Numbered from the stretch's first letter, positions 42,118 through 53,828 are shown. The stretch: 64,000 nt of DNA from an uncultured delta proteobacterium (GCA_963753395.1 CAVWBW010000008.1:64064-128063), one strand, 5' to 3'. The notes: generated from the letters alone by a model not told the origin. Program-made: numbers and translations.

Positions 42118-42813
42118 CTAGTCTGCGGTGCCCGCGACCAGCGGGTACACGATGCCGCCGAGTGCGCCACCGATGATCGGCGCGACCCAGAACAGCCAGA
42201 GTTGCTGAAGTGCCCAGGGCTCCGCAAAGACCGCGACGCCCGTGCTTCGCGCTGGGTTCACGGAGAGGTTGTCGACGGGGATGCCGATCAAATGGATCAG
42301 CGTGAGGCAAAGGCCGATGGCGACAGGGGCGAGGGCGGCCGGTGCACGCTTGTCGGTCGCGCCGAGGATGACGAACAGGAAAGCGAACGTGAGCACGATC
42401 TCGGCGGTGAGGGCCGCGGCCATCGAGTAGCCGCCGGGCGAATGCTCGGCGAATCCGTTCGATGCAAAGCCGCCGGCTTGGAAGCCATCTTGGCCGGAGG
42501 CAATGAAGTAGAGGACTGCGGCGCCAGCAAGGCCACCGAGCACCTGAGCGATGATGTAGGGCACGAGCTCCGAAGCCGGGAAGCGCTTGCCGACGAGCAA
42601 ACCCACCGAGACGGCCGGATTGAGATGGCAGCCGGAGATGTGGCCGATCGCATAGGCCATCGTCATGACGGTCAGCCCGAACGCGAGGGCCACACCCAAG
42701 AACCCGATGCCGAGCTCGGGAAAGCCGGCCGCGAGCACTGCGCTTCCGCATCCGCCGAACACGAGCCAAAACGTACCGATGAACTCAGCCGCAACCTTGT
42801 TGCCTAGCGCCAT
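42118..42813 (-). CDS. aqpZ: Aquaporin Z
   Basis: [36 protein letters not shown]. Confidence 0.96.
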   Translation of the reverse strand: MALGNKVAAEFIGTFWLVFGGCGSAVLAAGFPELGIGFLGVALAFGLTVMTMAYAIGHISGCHLNPAVSVGLLVGKRFPASELVPYIIAQVLGGLAGAAVLYFIASGQDGFQAGGFASNGFAEHSPGGYSMAAALTAEIVLTFAFLFVILGATDKRAPAALAPVAIGLCLTLIHLIGIPVDNLSVNPARSTGVAVFAEPWALQQLWLFWVAPIIGGALGGIVYPLVAGTAD

Positions 42814-42926
42814 ACTTCCTCCTTCGCCCCGGTGAGGAGCCGCGCGGATAGTCGCACCGAAGTGCCGCGACTGTAAACCGCACACGGAGATCGCTCCGGG
42901 GCCTGGGTGTGGTAGCTTTGGCCGCG

Positions 42927-44324
42927 ATGTTCGGTGTTGGTGGTTCGTGCCATCGCCTCGCGCTTGGGGCAGGTCTTCTGTTGGGTGCGCTCCATCTCTT
43001 CGCTTGTTCGCAAGAGGCGGGGTGGTCGAGCGCGGAGGAGCTCGACCCGCGCTCTCCCGCTTCTCACACAGCCCTGGTGACCGGCGGGGACGGCAGCACG
43101 CTCGCCGTGTGGCGGGGGCCGAATCCGGAGTCGAATCCGACGCTGCCCCGAGGCTTCGAAGGCCTGTTCGCGCGGTGGAAACGCGCCGGCGGAGGCTGGG
43201 GTCCGGTCAGCGTGCTCGACGACTACGAGTCCTTGCCGCTCGAACCCGCAGCGGCCGCGGGCCCGAGCGGCGAGGGGATCGTCGTCTGGGGTCAGCGGGG
43301 CGAGCTCACCGAGCCCGACGAAGTGTGGGCAAGCCGCTACGGACCCGCGGCGGGTTGGGGTGCTCCGGAAGCGGTCGGCGACGGACGCTTTCGAGAGACC
43401 CCGCGCGCGGCAGTCGGACCCGCAGGCGAGATGTTCGTCGCGTGGAGCCGCCGGACGAGCACGGGCCAGGAGATCGCGTTGAGCGAGCACCAAGCGAATG
43501 CCGGATGGATTGGACGCGAGACGCTCTCGCTCGCGGCGGGGCAAGACGAAGTCACGCTGCTCGGTCTCGCGGTGGATCGAGGCGGCCGCGTGATCGCCGT
43601 GTACTGGTCGGGGACGATTGGAACGGGTGTGAACCGATTCACACCGGAAGCCGGCTGGGGCTCTCCCTCGACGTTTGAGCAGGATGATCTGGTGGGGCCG
43701 CCCATGGCCGAGGTCGATGTCCAGGGCACCGTCTGGGCATTTTGGCCCGGACTCGAAGTCAATGGCAGCTGCGAGGGCGCGGTCCGCAACACCTCGGACG
43801 ACGGTTGGGAAGCGCTGACGCGCTTCGAGACTGGGTGCGCGCAGGGCACCGGTGGGGCCATCGCGGTGGACCATGTCGGAGGCGCAGTGGCGATTTGGGG
43901 TCAGGGCTACTCAGAGGACGCGACCGCGTTCTGGTCTCGGTACCGAGCTGGTCAAGGCTGGACGCCTCCCGAATCGGCGCCGGTCGGAGAAGGCTTCGGA
44001 CCCACGGTCTGGGACCTAGGCGCACTCCGCGACGGACAGGCGGCCGCGCTCTGGTATCGGCGGGGGATCGAAGGCAGCGAATTCGGTGGCGGCCAGTTCG
44101 CGGTCTGGACGAGCGCGCTCGGCGCAGGCAACCAATGGACGGATCCCCAGCGGCTGACGGAACGAGGCCCATGGGCGTCCGTATCCGACGCGCGTTTCGT
44201 GCCACCGCGCATCGTGACGCACGAAGACGGTCGGGCGGTCGGACTCTGGATCGGGTACAGCGTCCCGCCCACGGCCCCTCAGAGCGAGCTGAGAATCACG
44301 CCTTGGTGGAGCGAGCGCCGCTAG
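42927..44324 (+). CDS. Hypothetical lipoprotein with Trp/Gly-rich repeats
   Basis: Lipobox LFAC; repeated ...RYxPxxGWxxP units suggesting a propeller. Confidence 0.65.
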   Translation: MFGVGGSCHRLALGAGLLLGALHLFACSQEAGWSSAEELDPRSPASHTALVTGGDGSTLAVWRGPNPESNPTLPRGFEGLFARWKRAGGGWGPVSVLDDYESLPLEPAAAAGPSGEGIVVWGQRGELTEPDEVWASRYGPAAGWGAPEAVGDGRFRETPRAAVGPAGEMFVAWSRRTSTGQEIALSEHQANAGWIGRETLSLAAGQDEVTLLGLAVDRGGRVIAVYWSGTIGTGVNRFTPEAGWGSPSTFEQDDLVGPPMAEVDVQGTVWAFWPGLEVNGSCEGAVRNTSDDGWEALTRFETGCAQGTGGAIAVDHVGGAVAIWGQGYSEDATAFWSRYRAGQGWTPPESAPVGEGFGPTVWDLGALRDGQAAALWYRRGIEGSEFGGGQFAVWTSALGAGNQWTDPQRLTERGPWASVSDARFVPPRIVTHEDGRAVGLWIGYSVPPTAPQSELRITPWWSERR

Positions 44325-44363
44325 GGAAGCGAGCGATCCCGCTCACCCAACTGCATTCTCCCA

Positions 44364-44391
44364 ATTTCGCAGAACGTATATTATGTAAACT
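44364..44391 (+). other. dif: dif site (XerC/XerD chromosome dimer resolution site)
   Basis: ATTTCGCAGAA-CGTATA-TTATGTAAACT: 11-6-11 layout with XerD-type arm, in an AT-rich intergenic island. Confidence 0.8.
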
Positions 44392-44407
44392 TTTGTACCT
44401 TACTACT

Positions 44408-44487
44408 TGACGCTGACGCTGACGCTGACGCTGACGCTGACGCTGACGCTGACGCTGACGCTGACGCTGACGCTGACGCTGACGCTG
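44408..44487. repeat. Hexanucleotide microsatellite (TGACGC)13
   Basis: 13 perfect units at 44408-44485. Confidence 0.95.
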
Positions 44488-44874
44488 CTAGTGCTGCGGC
44501 GCGAACACGAACGGGAATGTGAAGCTCAGAGGCTTGCCGGAGCGGCGGATCGGGAACTTGATCCCGCCGACGACGCGAGCGACGCAGCGTTCGACGCCTT
44601 CGTGGCCCGTCGTGTTCTCCAGGACCCGAACCGCTTGGACGGAGCCCTTGCGCATGACGTCGAAGCGGACCTTCACCTTGCCGGAGAGCTCGGGCTCGTA
44701 GCGCAGCGCAGACTCGTAGCAGCGATTGATCTTCGGAAGGTCAATCCGGATCTTCTGCCGGACGATGTTCGCGTTGAGCTTGCCGTACGCCGCCTGCGTC
44801 GTTCCGCTCGCGCTCAGCACCACCAATGCGGCGGCAAGCGCGACGACGAGCGTTTGTCGACCCACGGAAGGCAT
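44488..44874 (-). CDS. AgmX/PglI C-terminal (TonB-C-like) domain protein
   Basis: Signal peptide; INRCYESALRYEPELSGKVKVRF...VERCV...FP...FTFPFVF. Confidence 0.8.
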   Translation of the reverse strand: MPSVGRQTLVVALAAALVVLSASGTTQAAYGKLNANIVRQKIRIDLPKINRCYESALRYEPELSGKVKVRFDVMRKGSVQAVRVLENTTGHEGVERCVARVVGGIKFPIRRSGKPLSFTFPFVFAPQH

Positions 44875-44980
44875 CCCTTGCAGATACGCCCCGAGCCGCT
44901 CAAACCGCAAAAAAACCGCCGGTTCCCACCTGCGCCGACGGATTCCGCGAGGATGCCACGGAGCGTGATACAAGTTCCCC

Positions 44981-46015
44981 ATGTCCCCCAAACGCCCAGA
45001 GCTGTCCTGTATTCAACGGACACGCAAGCGGCTCAAGAGCCTGACCAATACAGCCATCGGCGAAGGTTTCTTTGGGACGCTCTCGCGCCTCGGCCGCCTT
45101 CACCCGCTGGCGAACCCCGCCAAACATGGTGTTCAGGTGATCAGGGATGTCGAGTATCAGCGCACGGGCAACGCGCGTCACCGGCTCGACATCTACAAGC
45201 CCGCCAATCACCAAGGCCCGCTGCCGATCGTCCTCTACCTGCACGGCGGCGCGTTTCACCTCCTGTCGAAGAACACGCACTGGCTGATGGGGCTCGCGTT
45301 TGCGCGCGCCGGCTACCTCGCGTTCAACATCGACTACCGGCTCGCCCCCGAGAACCCTTACCCGGCCGCTGTGTCGGACGTCTGCTCGGCGCTCGAATGG
45401 GTCGCGGACAACGCGGAAGCCTACGGCGGTGATCTCAGCCGCCTCGTATTCGCTGGCGAATCCGCGGGAGGCAACCTCGCGACCGCGCTCACCATCTGTT
45501 GTTGTTATCGGCGCCCAGAGGAGTTTGCGCAGCGCGCGTTTGCGACAGGCCTGGTTCCGACCGCCGTCGCGCCTGCATGCGCGCCGCTCCAAGTGACGAA
45601 CCCGGGCCGCTTGAATCGCAAACGAAAGCTCCCAGGCTGGGTGAACGACATTCTCGAGGGAATGAACGAGACCTACATCGGGGCCCTTCACGACCCCGCC
45701 CCCGGCGAGCTCGACCTCGCCGACCCGCTTCACGTCTTCGAGCGAAAGGAACGCCCGGACCGCGCCCTTCCCGCTTTCTTCGTGCCCATTGGTACCCGCG
45801 ATCCGCTTCTCGACGACACACGCCGCCTCGACCGCGCTCTCAAAGCGATGAACGTCGTGTGCGAAGCGCGCTACTACGAGGGCGAGCTTCACGCCTTTCA
45901 CGCGCTCGTGTGGCGACGCCAAGCGCGCCGTTGTTGGCGCGAGCAGCTTTCGTTCTTAGCCCGCGCGCTTCAACATCCGCGCGAGCCGCGACACGAATTC
46001 GTCGCCCAGGCCTAG
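44981..46015 (+). CDS. Alpha/beta hydrolase (HSL-family esterase)
   Basis: LHGGAF, IDYRLAPE, GESAGG, DPL, HAF. Confidence 0.9.
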   Translation: MSPKRPELSCIQRTRKRLKSLTNTAIGEGFFGTLSRLGRLHPLANPAKHGVQVIRDVEYQRTGNARHRLDIYKPANHQGPLPIVLYLHGGAFHLLSKNTHWLMGLAFARAGYLAFNIDYRLAPENPYPAAVSDVCSALEWVADNAEAYGGDLSRLVFAGESAGGNLATALTICCCYRRPEEFAQRAFATGLVPTAVAPACAPLQVTNPGRLNRKRKLPGWVNDILEGMNETYIGALHDPAPGELDLADPLHVFERKERPDRALPAFFVPIGTRDPLLDDTRRLDRALKAMNVVCEARYYEGELHAFHALVWRRQARRCWREQLSFLARALQHPREPRHEFVAQA

Positions 46016-47334
46016 CCTCGGCTGCCGGCGCTGGCCGGAAGCGCGAGCGGCTTGCTCGGCTTGAAGCGCCGTCGACGAACGATGCCCGCCTCGCGCGCGA
46101 AATGACCGACCATCGCGGACCACGCGCCGAGCGACAGAACGGGCTCGCGGCCTTCGCTGAGCTCGACGATCTGTCGATAGAACCACGCGACCTCGGCTTG
46201 CCCATTGAGCGTTCGAACCGTGCGGACGGAGCTCGCGCGCCCGAGGAGCCCGGGCCCGAGACGAAGCGACTTCTCGGGCGTCGGCAGCGCGTCACGTGAA
46301 CCCCCGAGGATCGCGTTCGCCAAGCTCGTCTCGACGCAAAACGGACGCGCGATACCCACGACGTCGACCTCGCCGGACGCGACGACTTCGCGCATCAGGT
46401 CCGGAGTCCGAAAGCCGCCGGTGACCATGAGCGGCATGCCGTCGACCGCGTCGCGCATGTCGCGCGCATATTCGAGGAAGTACGCTTCTCTTCGCCGGGT
46501 GCTCTCCGCCTGACGCTCCGAGGACTCACCCTTGTCGCCGAACAGCGCCATCTGCTCGTAGGTCCCTCCCGAAATCTCGATGAGGTCGAGCCCGAGCTCC
46601 GCAAGCCATCGGGCCACTTGCACGGACTCTTCTTTGCTGAAGCCGCCCTTTTGGAAGTCCGCGGAGTTGAGCTTGGCCGCGACGGGGAAGTCGCTTCCGA
46701 CCGCCTCGCGCACGGCCTTGTACACCTCCAGCGCGAAGCGCGCGCGGTTCTCGAGGGACCCGCCCCACTCGTCCGTTCTGCGATTCGCACGCGGCGACAG
46801 GAACTGGCTCGCGAGGTACCCGTGCGCCGAATGAATCTGGACACCGGTGAAACCCGTCTCTTTGGCCGTGCGCGCGACGTGGGCGAAACGGCCGATGGCG
46901 TCGTGGATCTCGGAAACCTCGAGTGCGCGCGGCTGGGCCATCAGGCCCATCATGCCGCTGAGCTTCTCCGCCGACGGCGACACTGGATGGCTGCTCGACA
47001 TGCGCGTGCACTGCCGCCCAGGATGGCTGATCTGCATCCACAAGTGGTTTCCAGCGCGTGTGCCGGCCGCCGACCAGCGACGCAGCGCATCCTCACCGCC
47101 GTTCGCGTCGATCGCGACATTGCCCGGCCGCTCGAGGTAGCGGCGATCGACCATCACGTTGCCGGTGAGAAGCATCCCGGCCCCACCGTCGGACCAACGG
47201 CCATAAAGCGTCGCGTGCCTCTCGGTCGCGTTGTCGTTGGCATCGGCCAACCCTTCGGTCATCGCACCCTTGGCGATACGGTTTTCGAGAACCGCTCCAC
47301 AAGGGAGCACGAGTGGCTTGCTGAGAGGATCCAT
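46012..47334 (-). CDS. NADH:flavin oxidoreductase (Old Yellow Enzyme family)
   Basis: NRIAKGAMTE, QISHPGRQ, QIHSAHGYLASQFLSP, RTDEWGGSLENRAR, EISGGTYE. Confidence 0.92.
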   Translation of the reverse strand: MDPLSKPLVLPCGAVLENRIAKGAMTEGLADANDNATERHATLYGRWSDGGAGMLLTGNVMVDRRYLERPGNVAIDANGGEDALRRWSAAGTRAGNHLWMQISHPGRQCTRMSSSHPVSPSAEKLSGMMGLMAQPRALEVSEIHDAIGRFAHVARTAKETGFTGVQIHSAHGYLASQFLSPRANRRTDEWGGSLENRARFALEVYKAVREAVGSDFPVAAKLNSADFQKGGFSKEESVQVARWLAELGLDLIEISGGTYEQMALFGDKGESSERQAESTRRREAYFLEYARDMRDAVDGMPLMVTGGFRTPDLMREVVASGEVDVVGIARPFCVETSLANAILGGSRDALPTPEKSLRLGPGLLGRASSVRTVRTLNGQAEVAWFYRQIVELSEGREPVLSLGAWSAMVGHFAREAGIVRRRRFKPSKPLALPASAGSRG

Positions 47335-47377
47335 CGCCGCCGAGCATAGGGCCATCCGCGCAATGCGCGAGCCGCGC

Positions 47378-47929
47378 TCAGCGCTTGCCGGATCCGCCGA
47401 GCAACACGTTCATGAGCGGACTCCCGTCGACCTTCGCGTCTTTGATCAGCGTGTCGAGCAGTTGCTTGCCGAAGCGGGCGAGGTCGAGCAGCTCGCGCAC
47501 CCGCTCCTCTTGGAACTCCGCCCTCCCCCGCGACGCCGGGTCCTTGGCCTTATCCTTCAGGAACTGAATCGCGTCTTCCATGATGTCGATCGCGTCGAGC
47601 ACCTCGACCCGCTCCCGCTCATTGAAGACGCGCGAGATCATCTTCCAGAAGTTGCCTTCTGCAGTGTAGTGGTCGCGACGCTCGCCTTGAAGCCAGACCT
47701 TCTTCACGACTCCCCAACGAAGGAGCTCGTTGAGGGTCATGGAAACCGCACCGGCGCTGAGCTGGAGCTTCCCTTGAATATCGGGCGCGCTGTGGGGACG
47801 ATCGGAGAGATAGAGGATCGACCACAAGCGCCCCATGTTCCGCTTGAAGCCCCAGAATTCGATCAGGCGGCCGACGGAGTCGCTGATCAGAACCTCGCTT
47901 TGCCAGAGCTCCTCTTCGCTCTCTGCCAC
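47378..47929 (-). CDS. GbsR/MarR-family transcriptional regulator
   Basis: WGFKRNMGRLWSILYL, LQLSAGAVSMTLNELLRWGVV, GERRDHY. Confidence 0.85.
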   Translation of the reverse strand: MAESEEELWQSEVLISDSVGRLIEFWGFKRNMGRLWSILYLSDRPHSAPDIQGKLQLSAGAVSMTLNELLRWGVVKKVWLQGERRDHYTAEGNFWKMISRVFNERERVEVLDAIDIMEDAIQFLKDKAKDPASRGRAEFQEERVRELLDLARFGKQLLDTLIKDAKVDGSPLMNVLLGGSGKR

Positions 47930-47993
47930 TCTTGCGGCCTACCCCGAACACATACGCTTGACCAGCCGCCCACTGGCAACAACAGTCCGATGC

Positions 47994-48278
47994 ATGGAAC
48001 GACCCACGTTCGAGGCGATGCTGGAGGCTGCCACCGGCGTCGAGCGCAAAGGCGACGAGTACACTGTCGAGGACGGCTACAGCTTGACGCTGTATGTCGG
48101 GGAGCCAGGTCAATCGATGGAGGTCGCTGAGGTCGTCACGCTCAAGCTCAGCTCGGCGTTTTGCGAAGCGACCTCCCGTGAGCATCACACGGCGCACTTC
48201 GTAGAGTACAGCAGCCTACACGGCCTCTGCGTGCGCCCACCAAGCGGCGGCGGCGGACGGCGCGCCGGGTTCAGCTGA
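47994..48278 (+). CDS. Small hypothetical protein
   Basis: 94-aa ORF ending RRAGFS; TTGACC-N17-AACAGT 7 bp upstream. Confidence 0.65.
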   Translation: MERPTFEAMLEAATGVERKGDEYTVEDGYSLTLYVGEPGQSMEVAEVVTLKLSSAFCEATSREHHTAHFVEYSSLHGLCVRPPSGGGGRRAGFS

Positions 48279-48337
48279 AGCCGAACTCTGTGGCCACGGC
48301 CGCCATTTGACGTAGGATGTGGTTGGGGGATCACGAG

Positions 48338-49723
<1,386 letters not shown>

Positions 49724-49748
49724 TATAGTGAGCGCTGGAGGATCTTCC

Positions 49749-50276
49749 TTGGCACCTCAGCGACGAAGCGCAGGCTTCACGACGATCGAGCTTCTGATCG
49801 GCGTGGCGATTGTGGGCATCTTGGCGGCACTCGCCGTGCCCACGTTCAAGAGCTACGTCTACAAGAGCCGCGTGAGTGAAGCCGTGACCGTGCTCAACGA
49901 GATCAGGACCAAGCAGGAAACCTACCGCAGCCGTTGGGGCAACTACGCTGCTGTGAGCGGCGGAGGAGACTGGGCGACGGCCAACTACACACCGACGACC
50001 AGCCCAGGTGCCCAGGCCGTGGTATGGCCAGGCGGCGACGAGTGGGAAGAGCTCGGCCTTCGCTCGCCAGGGGTGGTGCGGTTCCAATACGCAACCGTCG
50101 CAGGCGCGCCGGGCTCCCCACCACCGCCGAGCAGCAATCTCCCAAACCGAGACTTCTGGTTCGCCGCGCAGGCCGTTGGAGACCTCGACGGAGACGACGA
50201 GACCTTCATTCTCGAGGTCTATTCACACTCGCGACGCATGTACAACAGCGCGGACGGCCAGGGAGGCTACGAATGA
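49749..50276 (+). CDS. Type IV pilin-like protein
   Basis: RRSAG|FTTIELLIGVAIVGILAALAVP; GGAGG RBS before TTG 49749 (alternative start 49707). Confidence 0.9.
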   Translation: MAPQRRSAGFTTIELLIGVAIVGILAALAVPTFKSYVYKSRVSEAVTVLNEIRTKQETYRSRWGNYAAVSGGGDWATANYTPTTSPGAQAVVWPGGDEWEELGLRSPGVVRFQYATVAGAPGSPPPPSSNLPNRDFWFAAQAVGDLDGDDETFILEVYSHSRRMYNSADGQGGYE

Positions 50277-50779
50277 AGCGCAATGAAGGCTTTACCATCA
50301 CCGAGCTCATGATCGCAGTCGTGATCATGGGCGTTTTGGCGACGCTCGCGATTCCGAGCTTCACGTCGTACATCTACAAGGCGCGCGTGTCCGAGGCGAC
50401 CACCTTCCTCGGCCAGATCAAGCAACGCCAGGACTCGTACAGGAACGAGTTTGGCCAGTATTGCGCCGTCAACGGTGACGACTGGGGCACCTACAACCCG
50501 ACGGATATTCCCGGCGACCCCGTCGTGTGGACGTCCACCGACGAGTGGGAGCAGCTCGGCGCCAGCCCGGACGGCCCGATTCGCTTTCAGTACGCTACGG
50601 TCGCAGGGTTCCCCGGAGACTCCCCGCCGTCTGGCACCAACATGGAAGAGGATGACCACTGGTTCGTAGCCAGAGCGCAGGGAGACCTCGACGAGGACGG
50701 TGTCGATTTCTTCGTCGAGGTCTACTCGCAATCGAATCAGATGTATAACAGTGCCATTGGAAAAGGTGGATGGCAGTGA
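50273..50779 (+). CDS. Type IV pilin-like protein
   Basis: MKRNEG|FTITELMIAVVIMGVLATLAIP; ATGA overlap with the previous pilin. Confidence 0.9.
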   Translation: MKRNEGFTITELMIAVVIMGVLATLAIPSFTSYIYKARVSEATTFLGQIKQRQDSYRNEFGQYCAVNGDDWGTYNPTDIPGDPVVWTSTDEWEQLGASPDGPIRFQYATVAGFPGDSPPSGTNMEEDDHWFVARAQGDLDEDGVDFFVEVYSQSNQMYNSAIGKGGWQ

Positions 50780-50815
50780 CAATTTGTGTCACCTGCAGGT
50801 GACAAATTCTGTCTA
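50776..50815 (+). promoter_or_regulatory. Tandem enhancer (putative PilR) binding sites
   Basis: GTGACA-ATTTG-TGTCAC (50776-50792) and GTGACA-AATTC-TGTCTA (50799-50815), about 75-115 bp upstream of the sigma54 site. Confidence 0.7.
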
Positions 50816-50889
50816 ACTAGGCCCCTTTTCGCCAGCGACGATCCGCGATTTGCCAATAATTTCCGCTTGAGGCTCCCCTTCCGGACAAT

Positions 50890-50905
50890 TGGCACGGCAG
50901 CTGCA
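50890..50905 (+). promoter_or_regulatory. sigma54 promoter of pilA
   Basis: TGGCAC-GGCAG-CTGCA with GG-N10-GC spacing. Confidence 0.85.
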
Positions 50906-50966
50906 TTGTATTTGGGCAGCAACTTTGGATTATGCGGGCACGGAGCCCGGGGGAAGGTAACGAAAC

Positions 50967-51539
50967 ATGAACAAGCTACTCTCGAAGAAAGAGGGATTCA
51001 CCCTCATCGAGCTGATGATCGTCGTCGCTATCATCGGCATTCTCGCCGCGATCGCGATCCCGGCATTCATCAACTACGTGAAGCGCTCCAAGACCTCGGA
51101 AGCGGGTGCGAACCTCAAGTCGCTCTTTCAGGGCGCTGCGGCGTACTACGAGCAGGAGAACTGGCAGGCGGGCATGGTTGCCGCTGGCAGCGCGGCTGCG
51201 GCCTCGACACACTGCCTCGTGCCGAGCGCGACGCCGAGCTGGGACGCGACCGACGCGAAGTACGTCGTCAACTGGAACGACGAGGCCGCCTCGTATCAGG
51301 CGCTCAACTTCGCACCGGCCGATCCGATCTACTTCGAGTACGTCATCATCTCGGACACGGCCGGCACGACCGCCGGCTGCGGCAAGCCGGCCGGAAGCAC
51401 CTCGGTGTACTCCTTCGAGGCGATCGGCGACCTCGATGGCGACGACGTCGAATCGAGCTTCAGGCTGGCCGCGGGCACCAACCCGGACAACGCGCTCTAC
51501 CGCGCACCGGGCATCCACTCGGTCGACGCACTCGAGTAA
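50967..51539 (+). CDS. pilA: Type IVa major pilin
   Basis: [26 protein letters not shown]; own sigma54 promoter and terminator; strongly biased codons. Confidence 0.9.
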   Translation: MNKLLSKKEGFTLIELMIVVAIIGILAAIAIPAFINYVKRSKTSEAGANLKSLFQGAAAYYEQENWQAGMVAAGSAAAASTHCLVPSATPSWDATDAKYVVNWNDEAASYQALNFAPADPIYFEYVIISDTAGTTAGCGKPAGSTSVYSFEAIGDLDGDDVESSFRLAAGTNPDNALYRAPGIHSVDALE

Positions 51540-51563
51540 TCGGGCCCGGATGACCTAACGGCG

Positions 51564-51597
51564 AAGGCCGCGGCGACTGCTGCGGCCTTTTGCTTTT
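51564..51597 (+). terminator. Rho-independent terminator after pilA
   Basis: AAGGCCGCGGC-GACT-GCTGCGGCCTT followed by TTGCTTTT. Confidence 0.8.
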
Positions 51598-51635
51598 AAG
51601 TGGCGCGGAGTGTTTTTGGCTATACTCGGACTGGG

Positions 51636-52478
51636 ATGGGGATTCGGATCATCGCATTCGCGTTGCTGCTGACGGCACTCACTGGGGTGTGGTCCCTCCG
51701 CAACCGCGCGATGACTCAGTACCTCGAGACCCAGACCTACGAAGACATCTACTACCTGCCGCCGCCCGATTGGCTGCAGGTGATGAGTCTCGGCTATCCA
51801 CGCGCCCTCGCCGACCTGATTTGGCTCCGTGCGCTCATCTATTTCGGGGACGAGTTCGAGAACAAGGGCGCGGTGAAACACGTCTTCAATTATGGCGAAT
51901 CGATGCTAGCCCTCGACCCCGACTTCCGCCGGGTGTATCGCTGGGTCGGCGTGGCTGCCGTTTATACGCCGGCGGGCAGCCCGACGGAGTTCATCGAGCG
52001 CGCCATCGACGTTCTGCGGCGCGGTATCGAGCGCTTTCCCAATGATGGGCAGCTCGCCTGGGACGCGGGCGCCACGATCGCATACGAGCTCCTTCCGAAT
52101 CTCCCGAAGGACGACCCCAGCCGTGAGCGCCTCGAGGCTGAGGCCAACGAACACATGATGGCGGCCGCCCGCCTCGGCGCTGGGCCCGATTGGCTCGTGA
52201 TCACGAACGCCACCGCGCTCCGCAAGCTCGGCGAGAAAGAGCGGGAGCTCCGCCATCTCGAGGAGATGTATGCACTGGTTCGGGACCCCAAGGTGCAAGC
52301 GGAAATCGAGGTCCGCCTCTCGCAACTTCGCGACGAGGCGTACGCGGAGGCCTTCCGTCGCGCCAACGAGGAGTTCGAGCAGCGAAGGAAGGACGAGTTC
52401 CCGTACGTTCCACCGACCCTCTACTTCTTCGTCGCCGACCCGATACAAAGCGCCATCAGCCTCGGGGACCCAAGTTAG
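51636..52478 (+). CDS. Pilus-associated helical membrane protein (myxobacterial PilG-like)
   Basis: N-terminal TM, ALADLIWLRALIYFG, LALDPDF, TPR-like helices; position directly after pilA. Confidence 0.6.
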   Translation: MGIRIIAFALLLTALTGVWSLRNRAMTQYLETQTYEDIYYLPPPDWLQVMSLGYPRALADLIWLRALIYFGDEFENKGAVKHVFNYGESMLALDPDFRRVYRWVGVAAVYTPAGSPTEFIERAIDVLRRGIERFPNDGQLAWDAGATIAYELLPNLPKDDPSRERLEAEANEHMMAAARLGAGPDWLVITNATALRKLGEKERELRHLEEMYALVRDPKVQAEIEVRLSQLRDEAYAEAFRRANEEFEQRRKDEFPYVPPTLYFFVADPIQSAISLGDPS

Positions 52479-53012
52479 GTGGCTCGCGGCGGCCCGAGAT
52501 TGAGCCTCATCGAGGCCGCTCTCTTAGTTTGCTTGGTGGCGGTGGTGCTGGCCGTGTTCGTCCCGACCTTCTTGCGCCGGGTGCGGACGAACAAGATCAG
52601 CGAAGCCGTGGAGCTCCTTCAGGAGATGAGCCGAAGCACGAGCGCGTACTACGACACCGCTTGGCCGTCGCTCGACCGACACTGTTTGCCTCCCCCGGCG
52701 GGGCCGACGCCGGGCGCGCCGACGGAGGATCCGCAGACGGTCGACTTCTTTTCTCCCGATACGAGGGGGCGCGCCACCTGGGAAGCCATCGGGTTTCAAC
52801 CGGAGCACCCGATCCGATTTAGCTACAGCTACACGCCGAGCGAACACGGCTGTGGCTTGCGCGGATCGGCGGGGGACGTCTCGATGGTGTTTCGCGCCGA
52901 AGGTGACCTCGACGCGGACGACGTACGATCGGTGTTCGAGCGGCGCGCCGTCGTCGGCCCGAACGGCTTCACCCCAGCCGACGCGCTTCTCGTACACCAA
53001 CGCACCGAGTAG
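52479..53012 (+). CDS. Non-canonical pilin-like protein
   Basis: PR|LSLIEAALLVCLVAVVLAVFVP, SEA, AEGDLDADD shared with neighbouring pilins. Confidence 0.75.
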   Translation: MARGGPRLSLIEAALLVCLVAVVLAVFVPTFLRRVRTNKISEAVELLQEMSRSTSAYYDTAWPSLDRHCLPPPAGPTPGAPTEDPQTVDFFSPDTRGRATWEAIGFQPEHPIRFSYSYTPSEHGCGLRGSAGDVSMVFRAEGDLDADDVRSVFERRAVVGPNGFTPADALLVHQRTE

Positions 53013-53018
53013 TAAGCG

Positions 53019-53828
53019 CTACTCGGCGCCGCCAGCCGCAACGCGGGCTTCCGCATCGACGAGCGCAGTCACAATCTCACCCGACGCTCGCCTGAGTGCC
53101 GGCGCCACGCTGTCCCCGAACCGGTCGGGATGGAGGTCACGCACCAGCTTTCGCAACGCCCGTCGGGCGTCTTGCCCCCCTGCGCCCTCTGGAAGATCGA
53201 GGAGCACACGCGCGGAAGCCTGGTTTCGAAGCTCGCGCCGCTTTCGAAGGAGCAGTGGATAGGAGCCGCACGCCTTCGGCGTCGCGCAGCGAAGGAGCTT
53301 CAGCATCCAGGCAAAGCGAGAGCCGCGAAGCCCGCACCCCGGAAGCCGAGAGAGGTCCTCCGCGCAAACACCGCGCCGCAACCAGAAGACCACCGCGGTT
53401 TCCTCCGGCCTGAGCTCCGCCCCGACTAGCATGGCCTCCCCTGCCTCAGTCAAGTGGTAGGTCGAGTCGCCGAGGTCCGCGCGAACCGCGGATGCGTCGA
53501 CCCCGTGAAGAGCCGCGCGCATGACCTGGAGCGCCAACCTCCGCGCAGGCGCAGGCTCCCGAAGCTTCCACCACGAGGTCGCGAGAGGCTCTTGCACCAA
53601 GCGGAGCACCAAGCCGTCCCATTCGCACACCTGAACAACACTCTCGAGCAGCTGCCGCGGCGAAGTCGCGACGCGTCGGTCCACGTTGGCGCCGACGACT
53701 AGGCCCTTCTCGAACGACACGGTCGCGGAGCGCCCCTCACCCTGAAGATGAAGCGTTCCGCTTGCACCCGCCCGGTCGAGACCAAGCAGAACGCGGCAGA
53801 GCATCGTTGCGCTGGGAAGCGCGCGCAT
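53019..53828 (-). CDS. J-domain protein with DUF4388-like N-terminus
   Basis: SGTLHL...VSFEKG N-terminus; C-terminal RRALRKLVRDLHPDRF. Confidence 0.75.
   Translation of the reverse strand: MRALPSATMLCRVLLGLDRAGASGTLHLQGEGRSATVSFEKGLVVGANVDRRVATSPRQLLESVVQVCEWDGLVLRLVQEPLATSWWKLREPAPARRLALQVMRAALHGVDASAVRADLGDSTYHLTEAGEAMLVGAELRPEETAVVFWLRRGVCAEDLSRLPGCGLRGSRFAWMLKLLRCATPKACGSYPLLLRKRRELRNQASARVLLDLPEGAGGQDARRALRKLVRDLHPDRFGDSVAPALRRASGEIVTALVDAEARVAAGGAE

Noticed and set aside
44407..45432. ORF beginning MTLTLTLTL...
   Set aside because: Artefact of the TGACGC microsatellite; it overlaps two better-supported genes.
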